Shown here in pieces: positions 12,778 through 25,021 of a stretch of 64,000 nt of DNA. A program made the position numbers and the translations under genes. The notes under the pieces are model-generated. The model ran no database searches, had not been told where the DNA came from, and was given only the letters and a program-made list of their open reading frames with translations. The stretch covers positions 864,001 to 928,000 of the forward strand of contig CP136572.1 in the NCBI GenBank assembly GCA_035193785.1. The letters run 5' to 3'. Source of the DNA: Planktothrix sp. GU0601_MAG3. GTDB lineage: Bacteria > Cyanobacteriota > Cyanobacteriia > Cyanobacteriales > Microcoleaceae. Position 1 is the stretch's first letter; every line of letters begins with the position of its first letter.

Positions 12778-13758
12778 ATGGAAAGTTATCAAAAATTAAA
12801 TCTTCCCGAAATGGGATGTGGAACCTGGGCCTGGGGAAATCGCATCCTATGGGGTTATGATCCCAGTATGGATGCACAATTACAACAAGTATTTAATCTG
12901 TGTGTGAGTCAGGGTGTCACTTTATTTGATACGGGAGATTCCTATGGGACAGGGAAATTAAACGGGCGCAGTGAATCGCTTTTAGGACAGTTTTCTCAAG
13001 AATATCAAGGAATAAATCAAGACCGGATTTGTATTGCTACAAAATTAGCTCCCTACCCCTGGAGATTAACCCGCAAATCGATGATTAATGCCTGTAAAAA
13101 TTCCGCCCAACGGTTAGGAAAAAATGTCGATTTAGTTCAGATGCACTGGTCTACAGCTAATTATGCCCCTTGGCAAGAGGGGAATTTATTAGACGGTTTA
13201 GGAGATTTATATGAACAGGGATTAGTTAAGGGAGTGGGGTTATCAAATTATGGGCCGAAACGGTTAAAAAAAGTCTATCAAAAATTTGCAGATCGGGGGA
13301 TTCCGATTGCAACTTTACAGGTACAATATTCTTTATTATCGACCTATCCGGTAACGGAATTAGGGTTAAAAGAGGTTTGTGATGAATTAGGAATTAAATT
13401 AATTGCCTATAGTCCGTTAGGGTTAGGATTATTAACCGGAAAGTTCTCGGAAAATACGCCTTTACCAAAAGGTATTCGGGGGGGATTATTTAAAAAATTA
13501 TTACCCGGAATTCAACCAATTTTAGCTTGTTTAAAAGAAATTGCCGAATTACGCTCTAAAACCTTAACCCAAGTTGCTTTAAATTGGTGTATTTGTAAAG
13601 GCACAATTCCGATTCCTGGGGCGAAAAATATAGAACAAGCTAAGGATAATTTGGGGGCGTTGGGGTGGTATTTGGACTCAGGAGAAGTTGCAGCGTTAGA
13701 TAATGCCGTAATGCGTTCTAATCAACAAATGGTACAGAATATTTTTCAGACTTCTTAG
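12778..13758 (+). CDS. Aldo/keto reductase (pyridoxal-reductase-like)
   Basis: GTWAWG, FDTGDSYG, IATK, GVGLSNY, QVQYSL, AYSPLG, IPIPGAK. Confidence 0.9.
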   Translation: MESYQKLNLPEMGCGTWAWGNRILWGYDPSMDAQLQQVFNLCVSQGVTLFDTGDSYGTGKLNGRSESLLGQFSQEYQGINQDRICIATKLAPYPWRLTRKSMINACKNSAQRLGKNVDLVQMHWSTANYAPWQEGNLLDGLGDLYEQGLVKGVGLSNYGPKRLKKVYQKFADRGIPIATLQVQYSLLSTYPVTELGLKEVCDELGIKLIAYSPLGLGLLTGKFSENTPLPKGIRGGLFKKLLPGIQPILACLKEIAELRSKTLTQVALNWCICKGTIPIPGAKNIEQAKDNLGALGWYLDSGEVAALDNAVMRSNQQMVQNIFQTS

Positions 13759-13841
13759 TTTTTCTAAATTTTTTATTAATTCAATGACAATGATATTCTG
13801 TCAAAAATAATGGGAACACATAGTATTATCAATTACATCTC

Positions 13842-13905
13842 GTAGGGGCGGGTTTCTGTAAGAATATTAAAATCCCACCGTTAACCTGCCTAAACCCGTC
13901 CCTGA
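13842..13905. repeat. REP doublet GTAGGGGCGGGTT...AACCCGTCCCT overlapping the PIN gene stop
   Basis: Same arms as 14971-15113, 16325-16384 and the 20865 array. Confidence 0.75.
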
Positions 13906-14309
13906 CCCATTAAACTTAAAAAATCTGCCGCCTGCAAAATTTCAATTCCTTGATAATTTTTTAAAGGAAGTAAATGCTTTTTATCTCCAGTTACGATATA
14001 ATTTGCCTGACCAATAACTGCACATTCTAACACCATATTATCATCAGGATCAGTAATGATAACATTAAGAGTATTAGAAATTTTTACGACCTGTAAGAAA
14101 CTCAATAAATCGAATAAAGTATCTGTAATTTGAGAATCTGTAAAATTGAGTTTTTGCTCTAACTTTTCCAGCAACTCATCCAATAATTCTTGACAAGTGA
14201 TCGCCTTAATTTGACCTGTTCTAGCTAATTCTAAACATCGATAAGGACTACCTCGCCAACCCAGACCAGATAGCAATACATTCGTATCAAATACGACTAT
14301 TGGATACAT
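13890..14309 (-). CDS. PIN-domain toxin (PIN_3 / VapC-like)
   Basis: VVFDTNVLLSG, DPDDNMVLECA, YIVTGDK. Confidence 0.9.
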   Translation of the reverse strand: MYPIVVFDTNVLLSGLGWRGSPYRCLELARTGQIKAITCQELLDELLEKLEQKLNFTDSQITDTLFDLLSFLQVVKISNTLNVIITDPDDNMVLECAVIGQANYIVTGDKKHLLPLKNYQGIEILQAADFLSLMGQGRV

Positions 14310-14551
14310 GATCTATCATCATGAATTAAATCATTAATAAAATCCTCGCGTTCTTCATCAGATAAAGTATTCCAATTAATTCCTCTTTCAGTACACAATC
14401 TTCGCAATTGACTTTCACCATAGTCTAAGCGTTCTTGACGTTGGGTTTCGGTTTCTTTTGCAAGTTCTAGCAACACCATCCGTTTCTGTTCTAATGGCAA
14501 TTGTTGGATCAGATCAATAATTTGTTCTGTTGTTAAGGTTAGGGTTGGCAT
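14297..14551 (-). CDS. Putative antitoxin
   Basis: Small gene upstream of and overlapping the PIN gene; MPTLTLTTEQIIDLIQQLP. Confidence 0.7.
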   Translation of the reverse strand: MPTLTLTTEQIIDLIQQLPLEQKRMVLLELAKETETQRQERLDYGESQLRRLCTERGINWNTLSDEEREDFINDLIHDDRSCIQ

Positions 14552-14600
14552 TATAATCATCCTCACAGATTATAGAAAGATAGCGAATATTAGAATAATA

Positions 14601-14751
14601 TATAGCAAGTCTAAATGAATTGTACAAAATAATGATCAAAATTATTAACCCTAAAAAATGGACACAAATTCGGTGTAGGGGCGAGGCGCGCCTCGCCCCT
14701 ACGATTATTTGGATTTCCAGCTATTTGTACAACTGATTTAGGATTGCTATA
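14601..14751. mobile_element. MITE-like element: 26-bp imperfect terminal inverted repeats with a central perfect REP palindrome
   Basis: Left TATAGCAAGTCTAAATGAATTGTACA; right (reverse complement) TATAGCAATCCTAAATCAGTTGTACA; centre GTAGGGGCGAGGCGCGCCTCGCCCCTAC at 14675-14702. Confidence 0.75.
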
Positions 14752-14970
14752 GTATTTTTCAGTATAACACAAATATTATCTAACAGACCAATCCTCTAAA
14801 GCCATCTGGATTATACTATCTACTTTGATGTTTTTGTATAGCATTGGAAAAAGAGTGGGAAAATAAACATAACATAATTTTTAAAAAATAGCCTATTTTA
14901 TTTTATTATAAACCAAACTTGAAACCAACGCTATATGAATCAATTTATTAACCTACAACACCATTAATTT

Positions 14971-15113
14971 GTAGGGGCGGGTTCCCTAGGATTCTTGACA
15001 TCCTACAGTTAATCTTTGTAAACCCGCCCTCTTTTTTCAAGGATTAAATAAAAGGGCGGGTTTATTTAGATTAAGGATAGGATTTTAATATTTTTGTAGA
15101 ACCCGCCCCTACA
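14971..15113. repeat. Two adjacent REP doublets (REPIN-like)
   Basis: gtaggggcgggtt...aacccgccct...agggcgggttt...aacccgcccctac. Confidence 0.8.
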
Positions 15114-15188
15114 GATTTATGTAAAAATATTAGAGAAAACTAATTGTGTTAGAATAGAATCAGAATAATTATAGGAAATTAACAATAA

Positions 15189-15299
15189 ATGGAAAATACC
15201 GGGGTATTAGATGCGGTGATGGGGGGAATAGCGATCGCAATTTTAATTGGAGGATTAGTAATGCTATTTAAAGGCATTTCATCCATGCCCAAAAATTAA
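15189..15299 (+). CDS. Candidate 36-aa single-pass membrane protein
   Basis: [36 protein letters not shown]; below the ORF-track cutoff. Confidence 0.6.
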   Translation: MENTGVLDAVMGGIAIAILIGGLVMLFKGISSMPKN

Positions 15300-15346
15300 T
15301 GGTAAAATTGATTAATGTAAAAACAATTAGATCAGAATTAAGTCCC

Positions 15347-16231
15347 GTGAATTTTCAATCAATTATTGCTACCCTGAATCAATTTTGGAGCGATCGCGGC
15401 TGTTTGATTGCCCAATCCTATGATACCGAAAAAGGGGCGGGAACCATGAACCCCCATACCTTTTTACGCGCCATTGGCCCCGAACCCTGGTCGGTCGCCT
15501 ATGTCGAACCCTGTCGTCGTCCCACCGATGGCCGTTATGGAGAAAACCCCAACCGTTTTCAGCATTATTATCAATATCAAGTGTTAATTAAACCCTCTCC
15601 TAATAATATTCAAGAGGTTTATTTAGACTCCTTGAGGCTATTAGGAATTCACCCCGAAGATCATGATATTCGGTTTGTCGAAGATAACTGGGAATCTCCC
15701 ACTTTAGGTGCTTGGGGTGTGGGTTGGGAAGTCTGGTTAGATGGGATGGAAATTACTCAATTTACCTATTTTCAACAATGCGGAAGTATTGATTGTCGTC
15801 CCGTTTCTATTGAGATTACCTATGGTTTAGAACGTCTAGCCATGTATCTGCAAAATGTGGATGCAATGACTAAGATTTCCTGGACTGATAGGATTAATTA
15901 TGGGGATGTGCACCTCCAGGGAGAAATAGAACAATGTACCTATAATTTTGAGGCTTCTAACCCAGAATTTTTGTTTACTTTGTTTGGACTTTATGAACAG
16001 GAAGCGGAACAATTAATCGAAAAAGGATTAGTTTTACCGAGTTTAGATTATGTTCTTAAATGTTCCCATAGTTTCAATTTATTGGATGCTAGGGGAGTGA
16101 TTGCGGTAACAGAAAGAACTCGTTATATTGGTCGAATTCGGAATTTAGCCCGACGGGTCGCCCAACGCTATTTAGAGCAGCGAGAACAGTTAGGTTTTCC
16201 CTTAGAAAAAACCTCCCTGGTTGCTCAATAA
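15347..16231 (+). CDS. glyQ: Glycine--tRNA ligase alpha subunit
   Basis: [48 protein letters not shown] start inferred. Confidence 0.97.
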   Translation: MNFQSIIATLNQFWSDRGCLIAQSYDTEKGAGTMNPHTFLRAIGPEPWSVAYVEPCRRPTDGRYGENPNRFQHYYQYQVLIKPSPNNIQEVYLDSLRLLGIHPEDHDIRFVEDNWESPTLGAWGVGWEVWLDGMEITQFTYFQQCGSIDCRPVSIEITYGLERLAMYLQNVDAMTKISWTDRINYGDVHLQGEIEQCTYNFEASNPEFLFTLFGLYEQEAEQLIEKGLVLPSLDYVLKCSHSFNLLDARGVIAVTERTRYIGRIRNLARRVAQRYLEQREQLGFPLEKTSLVAQ

Positions 16232-16415
16232 ATGAGTCGGTTTTTTTTGTATTGCGAGCGTCCTCGCTCGCTAGAATAATTATACGAAATCCCTAAATAT
16301 TTGCTACAGTGGAAAGAGAAAGATGGCGGGTTTATTCAAGTTATCTGTAAGTATCATAATTTATTACAGAAACCCGCCCCTACGGGTAAAAACCGAGTAC
16401 CTGTTCCCTGCTAGA

Positions 16416-18417
16416 TCAAAAATCATCATCATTTTCTTCATCCAGATCATCATTTTCAATAAAGCTATCATTTTGATCAATTGCAATAAAATCAGCTTTT
16501 TTGTCTAATAAAGTAGCGGTTTTAGATGTTGGTTTTTCTTCTAATTCAATCATTTTTCCTTGAAAGAAATCGACTAATTTTTGAGAAGCGCTCGCCACCG
16601 CTTCAGTATCTGCTTGTTCAGGACTTATCGGAAGTGTTTCTAATTTTTCAATCGGTTTCAATGAATGATTATTAATCGTTTCGATTTGATTCTGTTTATT
16701 AATATTATGATTTTGAGACTCAGAAATTTGTTGTTGTTCTTGAGTATTAATTACAGGAGGTTGTACAACTTCAGGGGAAGAAAACCTAGGATTTTCCACG
16801 AGAGGATAGGAAGGAGAAGGAGGATTAACTTCTTGAATTTGATTAATAGAATTTCCGCCTCTACTATCAAAATTAATTTTAACAGGATGACCAAAAACCT
16901 GTTGAAATGCTTTTTCTAAATTCGATATTCTCTCTTTAGCCATTTTTAGTACAGGTTCAGAATTCATTTTAATATATGCAATATCAGAATTACACTGGAT
17001 TAAATGTCCTTGTTGCCGAAAGAAAGCTTTTGTTCCATTGGGTTGAATATAATCTAATACCTGTTGCCAAATTTGATCTAAATTGGCATCAATAGCAATA
17101 GGCGGTTTCTGCGGGAGTTGCGGGAATTTCTGCTTTAACTTGCGGTTGGTTTTGCGGTTGAGGTTCTGGGGTATAGGTAGGTTGAGAAATAGGGGAATTA
17201 ACTGGGTTTTGTGGCGGGTTTGAAGGTTCTGAACGTTGCACAAAGGGAATAGTTTCCGGTTGAGGTTGAACCATTCTTTGAGGAGTTTGGGTAACAGTAA
17301 CCGTTTGAGTTATTACAGATTTTTGTAACGCGCTGGGAAGTAAACCTAATAAGATAATTTCTAACCATAAACGCGGTTGGGTTGAATGTTTAATTTGAAC
17401 TTCACTTTCGCGTAAATGTTTCTGACCTGCTAATATAATTGTACTATCCCAACGGTGGGAAAATTGACAAAGTTGTTCCCAAGTTGGTTGGGTTAAAGCA
17501 ACTAAATCAGAACGAGTTGGTGCGGTTTTAGCAATTAATAAATCTCGATAAAATCCGGCTAAATTTTGCAGGACAATTAAAGGTTCCCGTCCTCGGTTTA
17601 ATAGGTTACGAATACAGTCTAAAATAATAGCTGTATCCCCGGAATCAATGGCTTTTAACAAACTCATTAAGTCCCGTTCAGGAACCGCCCCCACTAAATC
17701 CCAGACTTTTTCAACGGTAATTTCACCCGATAATAAACTGAGTTGATCCAGCAAACTTTCGGCATCCCTTAACCCTCCTTGGGCAATTTGAGCTACCATA
17801 AAAACCGCATCATCAGCAATATTAATATTTTCCTGTTGGGCAATATATTTTAAATGTTTGATCATCGAATCTAGGGGGATGCGTCGAAAATCAAACCGTT
17901 GACATCGAGAAATAATTGTGGGTAAAACCCGTTGGGGGTCGGTTGTTGCTAATACAAATACAACTCGATCTGGAGGTTCTTCTAAGGTTTTTAATAGGGC
18001 ATTAAATGCGGCGGTACTTAACATATGACATTCATCTATAACATATACTTTATACCGACATTGAACCGGGGCAAATTGCGCTCGCTCAATTAATTCCCTA
18101 ATATTATCAACCCCGGTATTACTGGCGGCGTCAATTTCAATCACATCTAAGGTTGAGCCATTGGTAATGCCTTTACAAATATCACAAACCCCGCAAGGGG
18201 CGGCCGTGGGAGTGGCATTGGCCGAACAATTTAGAGATTTGGCCAAAATTCTGGCACTCGAAGTTTTTCCCGTTCCCCTTGGCCCGGTAAATAGGTAAGC
18301 CGGGGCGATGCGTTGAGACTCGATCGCATTGGTGAGGGTGGTGGAGATCGCCTCTTGTCCGACCAAATGGGCAAAGGTTTGGGGACGGTATTTGTGGTGT
18401 AGGGGTTCGTAACTCAC
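16416..18417 (-). CDS. dnaX: DNA polymerase III subunit gamma/tau; frameshift near 17105
   Basis: YRPQTF, GPRGTGKTS, EIDAAS, IDECHML; C-terminal domain lies in the next frame. Confidence 0.95.
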
Positions 18418-18873
18418 AACGCAATACTAAAATCAAGGGAATAGGAAACATTCTTAGCTAGAATAGCAGTAGAGTAGAAGTATAAACCTGGCTTGCAGTG
18501 TAACATAAAAACTTCAGGGTTCCGGTAAGGTACAGAGGGAACTATCCAGTCTATTGTTTAGTGAGTTTTTACTAAATCCTAGGCAATGGAATGGAATCTT
18601 TGATAACTTAGAGTTAAATAATTCGATCATGGCAATATCAGGGGTCTATTTTTGTTTCTCTTAATCGCCTTACTAGAAATTGACAAAACCGAAATTCATG
18701 GGATTTATGAATAACATTAAAGGAGAAAAAACGAGCAATTAAAATAAATTTAATCCGGTCGTTAGAAGACTACAGATGTGCTATTGTCCCACTGTTTTCA
18801 TTTTAACATATCTTGGATCGTAGTTTTACCCCAAATTACAAAAATTGAGTCTACAGTTTAGCGATTATAACTT

Positions 18874-19778
18874 ATGTCTAATCAAATTATCCTAGTTCAG
18901 CCTTTACTGGCAGCAAAGCCCCCAAAACCTCCGGCTAAAGGCTCCCAAGTGAGTCCGGATCTAATCTGGATGGGGGCGACGGGTGTTTTGTTTGTTTTAC
19001 TATTAGGAAGTATAGTTTTTTTCAAAATAAAAACTAGGGCTTTAACTAAACAGGTAAACACGGAAATATTTAGGAATAAAGAGCTACAGAAAAAATACAA
19101 ACTGGCGGTGGGTACTGTTGCCAAAATGGAGAAGAATCCCGACTTAATTCACTCCCGGGAATTTAACTTAGATTATCTGAGAATGCGGATGGCGGAGGAT
19201 GTTTTCCACTATGCCATTATTGTGCAAATTAAGATGAAAGTTAAACAACAAATTTCCATCGCCCTCCGTCCGACTCAAACCGCCGTTGGAGAACAAAGCA
19301 ATGCTGGAACAGCCCGTCAGGTCGATTCTATCTTTGATGTAGAATATGAGACGGGTATTGCTGGAGACTCTAAAAAACGAGTATTATTTCGGATTCAAGT
19401 GCGACTAATGAAGTTACCAACCCAATCGACATCAACTACAATTAATGAAATTATTGATTGTTTGGAAACCTATTTAAGTCCCAGTGATGAACATGATAAT
19501 TGGCAACCTACTATTCAAGGACGAATTGTTCATATTGAGTGGGATCAAAAAGCCAAACCCACACCTTTATTGGTATTAGAAACAATCGAATGAAGGAGTT
19601 AATGTTACCTTCCGTACCACTCGACCTGCGGGGATTAAATCATCACCCCACGAGACTCCTGTTGAGGAAACAACCCAGGGTAAAAATCAAGGTAAAACTC
19701 AAGGTAAAACTCAAAGAAAAAAAAGCGGCAAATCGGAATCTACTAAATTTACTTAAGAAAAGTGATCCGTTATCCTAA
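18874..19778 (+). CDS. Hypothetical membrane-anchored protein; frameshift near 19579
   Basis: N-terminal TM helix; corrected frame continues LVLEQSNEGVNVTFR; 3' end approximate. Confidence 0.65.
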
Positions 19779-19823
19779 ATATATCTGGGTTGCTCTAAAA
19801 CGGGCTTGATTTTTTTCAGGCTA

Positions 19824-20564
19824 TTAGTTTTTAGTCAGATCAAATAAAACCGTTGTCATATAGTTATCTGCCCATTCTTCACCAAAGGCTTTTTCTAGGA
19901 CACGGCGGGTTTTATCATTTTGTTGTTGTTGAGTACAATACCGTTCTTGACCAGCAATGATGTCTGATTTCTGTTCCTCGGAAATCGGCTTTTGAGCGAT
20001 CGCATATTCACAATGAACTTTCAAATATTGCGTTACAATTTGCAAAAATTGAGTTTCTTCTTCCGGTGTTGTCGGTCGAATAAATAAACAAAATTCCGAA
20101 AAAATATCTCCCCAAGTCGGAATTTCCCGGGGTTGGGAAAACTGTTTTTCCGGTTGCGGTTGTAATTGCTTTTGATAAGGTAAGGGTAAACTACGGTCTA
20201 AATGGGTTGGGGATAAATCCACAATGGCGGCACTAATTTGGCCCCGTCCCCCGACTAAATCGGCCCCAAACATGGGGATATCATATTCGACCCGAGGAAA
20301 CATCACGCAATGGAGAATATCCAGATTTTGGCCAACTTTGGCTAATTCTAAATGCAGTTTGCGAAAATGTTGGGTTTGATAACACTTATTTTCAATGATC
20401 AGTTTTTCCCCTTCTAGGCGTCCCTCCACATACCCTAAATCCTCCGGTAAATGGTAGGGTTCCAAATCCAGATATTGGTTCCAACTAGCCTGAATTTGGT
20501 CAGCGAGTTGATGGATTAGGGAGTGCTGTTGTTCTCGGATAGAGACAGGGGAAGTGTTGACCAT
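19824..20564 (-). CDS. pcyA: Phycocyanobilin:ferredoxin oxidoreductase
   Basis: [36 protein letters not shown]. Confidence 0.96.
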   Translation of the reverse strand: MVNTSPVSIREQQHSLIHQLADQIQASWNQYLDLEPYHLPEDLGYVEGRLEGEKLIIENKCYQTQHFRKLHLELAKVGQNLDILHCVMFPRVEYDIPMFGADLVGGRGQISAAIVDLSPTHLDRSLPLPYQKQLQPQPEKQFSQPREIPTWGDIFSEFCLFIRPTTPEEETQFLQIVTQYLKVHCEYAIAQKPISEEQKSDIIAGQERYCTQQQQNDKTRRVLEKAFGEEWADNYMTTVLFDLTKN

Positions 20565-20654
20565 TTTAGAAATTTACTTATTTCGGGCTCATATTATAGA
20601 ATATCAGTTTAGGATGAAGGTTAACTCATCCCTTTATAAAGGCAGCTTCAGATT

Positions 20655-20849
20655 ATGTTTGGTTTAGGTTGGCCGGAAATCGCAATTATTTTAGTGGTGG
20701 CGGTGTTAATTTTTGGGCCTAAAAAAATTCCCGAAATTGGGAAAAGTTTAGGTCAAAGTCTCAAGGGGTTTAAAGATGGACTCTCCACACCCCCAGAGGT
20801 TTCTGATTCAGTCCCCCCCGAGACGGAACAGAATTCCCACAAGTCTTAA
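20655..20849 (+). CDS. tatA: Tat translocase subunit TatA/E
   Basis: MFGLGWPEI...LIFGPKKIPEIGKSLG. Confidence 0.92.
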   Translation: MFGLGWPEIAIILVVAVLIFGPKKIPEIGKSLGQSLKGFKDGLSTPPEVSDSVPPETEQNSHKS

Positions 20850-20864
20850 TTTCTTCCCAACCTC

Positions 20865-21905
20865 CTAGGGGCGGGTTCCGTAGCAATATCTATTTCCAAC
20901 AACTAATAATCATCAACCCGTCCCACCCAGCAATAATATGAAATTAATCGTTGTAGGGGCGGGTTTCCGTAGCAATATCTGTTTCCAACAACTAATAATC
21001 ATCAACCCGTCCCACCCAGCAATAATATGGAATTAATCGTTGTAGGGCGGGTTCCGTAGAAATATCTGTTTCCAACAACTAATAATCATCAACCCGTCCC
21101 ACCCCACAATAATATGGAATTAATCGTTGTAGGGGCGGGTTCCGTAGCAATATCTATTTCCAACAACTAATAATCATCAACCCGTCCCACCCCGCAATAA
21201 TATGGAATTAATCGCTGTAGGGGCGGGTTCCGTAGCAATATCTGTTTCCAACAACTAATAATCATAAACCCGTCCCACCCAGCAATAATATGGAATTAAT
21301 CGTTGTAGGGGCGGGTTCCGTAGCAATATCTGTTTCCAACAACTAATAATCATCAACCCGTCCCACCCAGCAATAATATGAAATTAATCGTTGTAGGGGC
21401 GGGTTCCGTAGCAATATCTGTTTCCAACAACTAATAATCATCAACCCGTCCCACCCAGCAATAATATGGAATTAATCGTTGTAGGGCGGGTTCCGTAGAA
21501 ATATCTGTTTCCAACAACTAATAATCATCAACCCGTCCCACCCCACAATAATATGGAATTAATCGTTGTAGGGGCGGGTTCCGTAGCAATATCTATTTCC
21601 AACAACTAATAATCATCAACCCGTCCCACCCAGCAATAATATGGAATTAATCGTTGTAGGGGCGGGTTTCCGTAGCAATATCTATTTCCAACAACTAATA
21701 ATCATCAACCCGTCCCACCCCACAATAATATGGAATTAATCGTTGTAGGGGCGGGTTCCGTAGCAATATCTGTTTCCAACAACTAATAATCATCAACCCG
21801 TCCCACCCAGCAATAATATGGAATTAATCGTTGTAGGGGCGGGTTCCGTAGCAATATCTGTTTCCAACAACTAATAATCATCAACCCGTCCCACCCCGCA
21901 ATAAT
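20865..21905. repeat. Tandem array of 12 units of about 88 bp, each a REP doublet
   Basis: Unit starts at 20865, 20953, 21042, 21129, 21217, 21305, 21393, 21481, 21568, 21656, 21745, 21833. Confidence 0.95.
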
Positions 21906-21939
21906 TTTGGCAGATTGTTTGTGGTTTGTGGTTTGTGGG

Positions 21940-22066
21940 TAGTAGTCGGGGCGGGTTTTGGGAGGTTGTTTGTGGGTAGCAAAGGTTAACTCGAACCCGC
22001 CCCTACAGAAGTTGCCCCTACAGAAGTTGCCCCTACAGAACCCGGCCCTACAGAAGTTGCCCCTAT
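21940..22066. repeat. REP doublet followed by about five 15-bp GCCCCTACAGAAGTT repeats reaching the cphA stop
   Basis: Directly visible. Confidence 0.8.
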
Positions 22067-24769
22067 AGTGTGATAGAAGATTTGATCACAGTTGAGGCAT
22101 TAAGACTCGGAGAATGGGAGTTGTTATTAGACTCCGGGATGGGGTTGCGAACCTCAATTAATTTGATCGCGCGATTCACACTTTCGGGTAAAATCACCAC
22201 CAAAGATCCTGCCCCAGCCCGATCCAAAGCCGTATTCACCGCTTGGGTTTCATTCAGAATCGTTTCATAACGTACCCGAGGGTCAGGAACAGGGCCTAAA
22301 ATCTGCTGAATCCCTTGGCTGATAAACTGCGCCGCCGAACCCCGTTCCCGGCCGCGGGTATCATCATCCTCCTTGACAATAATCTCATCAAAGATGTCCG
22401 CCGCCAGTTGACCCAAGGTGACAAAATCCTCATCTCGGCGATCGCCCGGGCCACCAATCACCCCAATTCGAGGCCCGGGCCAATTTTTCACAAACGCCCC
22501 TAAAGCGACGTAACTGGCGGGGTTATGGGCATAATCAATCAGGGCGTGATAACTACCCATATTAAATAAATTCATCCGTCCGGGGGTTTGGGATGTCGAG
22601 GCGATAAAGGTTGACAAACCCGCCCGAATATGCTCTATTTTCACCCCTTGGGCAAAGGCGGCTAAACAAGCGGCCAAAGCATTAGCAATCATAAAGGGAG
22701 CGAGACCATTCATCGTGATCGGAACATTCACCGCCTGTTCAATCCGTAGCGTCCAATCTCCTTTTAGAATCGACAGATAGCCATTTTCATAGACGGCGGC
22801 TAATCCCCCTGATTCCGTGTGTTTCAGGACAATTTCATTATCAGGATTCATGGTGAAATAGGCGATTTGAGCCTTCACCCGTTCGGCCATTTGCACAACT
22901 AAAGGATCATCAGCGTTAAGTACCGCATAGCCTTTCGGCATCACCACTTCGGCCACCACGCTTTTCACCTTCGCCATTTGTTCCAGGGTATCAATATCCC
23001 CCAATCCCAAATGATCCGCCGACACATTCAAGACCACCCCGACATCACAGGTATCAAAGCCTAACCCCGCCCGCAGAATGCCACCCCGGGCACATTCGAG
23101 CACCGCAACTTCCACCATCGGATCTCGCAGAATCAGTTGGGCGCTTTGGGGCCCGGTATTGTCCCCGGGTTCGGCCAAATGTTCCCCAATATAAATCCCG
23201 TCGGTGGTGGTATATCCCACCGATAAACCCGTTTGTTTGATGATGTGAGCTAATAAACGGGTAGTAGTGGTTTTCCCATTGGTTCCAGTGACGGCTAAAA
23301 TCGGGACGCGACTGGGTTGACCAGGGGGGAACAACATATCCATCACCGCCCCCGCCACATTTCGGGGTAAGCCTTCACTGGGGGCGACGTGCATTCGGAA
23401 CCCCGGGGCGGCGTTGACTTCCACCACAACCCCATCGACTTCCCGCAGAGGTTTGGAAATATCGGGTGTTACCACATCAATTCCGGCAATATCCAAACCG
23501 ATAATTTTAGCAATCCGAGCAAATAGCCAAACGTTATCTGGGTGGACTTCATCGGTGCGGTCAATGGCACTGCCCCCCGTACTTAGGTTGGCCGTAGCCC
23601 GCAGGAAACAGACTTCTCCCGGGGGCATGACGGTTTCTAGGGTATGGCCTTTTTCCGCAATCATGGACAGCACGGTTTTATCCACCACAATCCGAGTCAG
23701 GACATTATCATGGCCATCACCCCGACGGGGATCACGGTTGGTTTTTTCGATTAACTCTGTAATGGTTAATTTGCCATCCCCGACTACATGGGCCGGAACC
23801 CGTTCCGCCACGGCCACCATTTTGCCATTTACCACTAATACCCGATGATCTCGACCGGTGTAGAAGCGTTTCCAAAATCACACTGCGGGTTTTAGAGGCA
23901 TTACCGGCTTCCTCGTAGGCCATCACCGCCGTTTCCCATTTGGTAATATCCAGGGTAATCCCGCGGCCATGGTTGCCATCGAGGGGCTTAATGGCAATCG
24001 GATAACCTCCGACTTCATCAATGGCATCTTGGAGTTCATCCAAATAGCGAATCACCGTCCCCCGGGGCACCGGAACCCCGGCATCCCTAAGAATTTGTTT
24101 TGTCCCTTCCTTATCACAGGCTAATTCTACGGCTAAGACCCCGGTTTGGTTGCTCAGGGTGGCTTGAATCCGTTTTTGATAGCAACCATAGCCAAACTGA
24201 ATCATAAACCGAGCATTCAGTTGCTGCCAGGGAATATCCCGGGCTTCGGCTTCTTTAATAATGGTTTCTGTGCTAGGGCCAAGGGAGGATTGAGCTTTTA
24301 ATTCCTTGAGATCTTCAATATCTTGGGCGAGTTCTTCGCTGGGATAGGTGCCCGTGTCGGCAATACTTTGACACAATCGGACAGCCGCGCGACCCGCATA
24401 GCGTCCGGCGTGTTCGTTATCATACTCAAACGCCACCTGAAAAATCCCCGGACTGGAGGTTTCTCGGGTACGGCCAAATCCTACGGGCATTCCGGCTAAC
24501 TGTTGCAACTCTAGGGCAACGTGTTCAATAATGTGTCCCATTAAAGTTCCCCGTTCCACCCGACTGAGGAATCCCCCTCGGACACCCGGTGAGCAGTGAT
24601 GTTCAATTAAACTCGGGAGAGCGGAGGTTAAGCCGTTATAGAAGCCCGGAATATCGCTGCTATAACGTTCGGTTAATTCTTCTAAATCCAAACGCATCAC
24701 AATCAGTTGATGACGTCGGATACTCCAGTAATTAGGGCCTCTTAAGGTTTGTATTTTAAGAATTTTCAT
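22063..24769 (-). CDS. cphA: Cyanophycin synthetase; frameshift near 23868
   Basis: MKILKIQTLRGPNYWS, IKPLDGNHGRG, EVNAAPGFRMH, GTNGKTT, DYAHNP. Confidence 0.97.
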
Positions 24770-25021
24770 ATTCGTGTGAGTATAATGCTCCGAATGTGCC
24801 GGGGTGATAGTCCACTTTATTAAATTTCCAGCTAAGGCGACTTGTAAACTGTTTGCCGTGAACAGTTTTTCCGAACTATAGAAATTTAGGAGATTAGAGT
24901 GGTGGGGATTTCAAATTTTCGAGATCTGCCCATTCCCCATCGCCCCTAATCAGGGTTTCCCATCTTCAAATCAGAAGGAAAACCTTGGTATTGGTCAAGT
25001 TCACCGATCCTGTCTATAAAT

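Noticed and set aside
17089..17243. Programmed frameshift in dnaX giving gamma and tau
   Set aside because: No obvious slippery run at the break; it has the same GAAAC +1 signature as the other frameshifted genes.
20865..21905. CRISPR array
   Set aside because: Units are near-identical along their whole length with no unique spacers; arms match dispersed REPs; no cas genes in the window.
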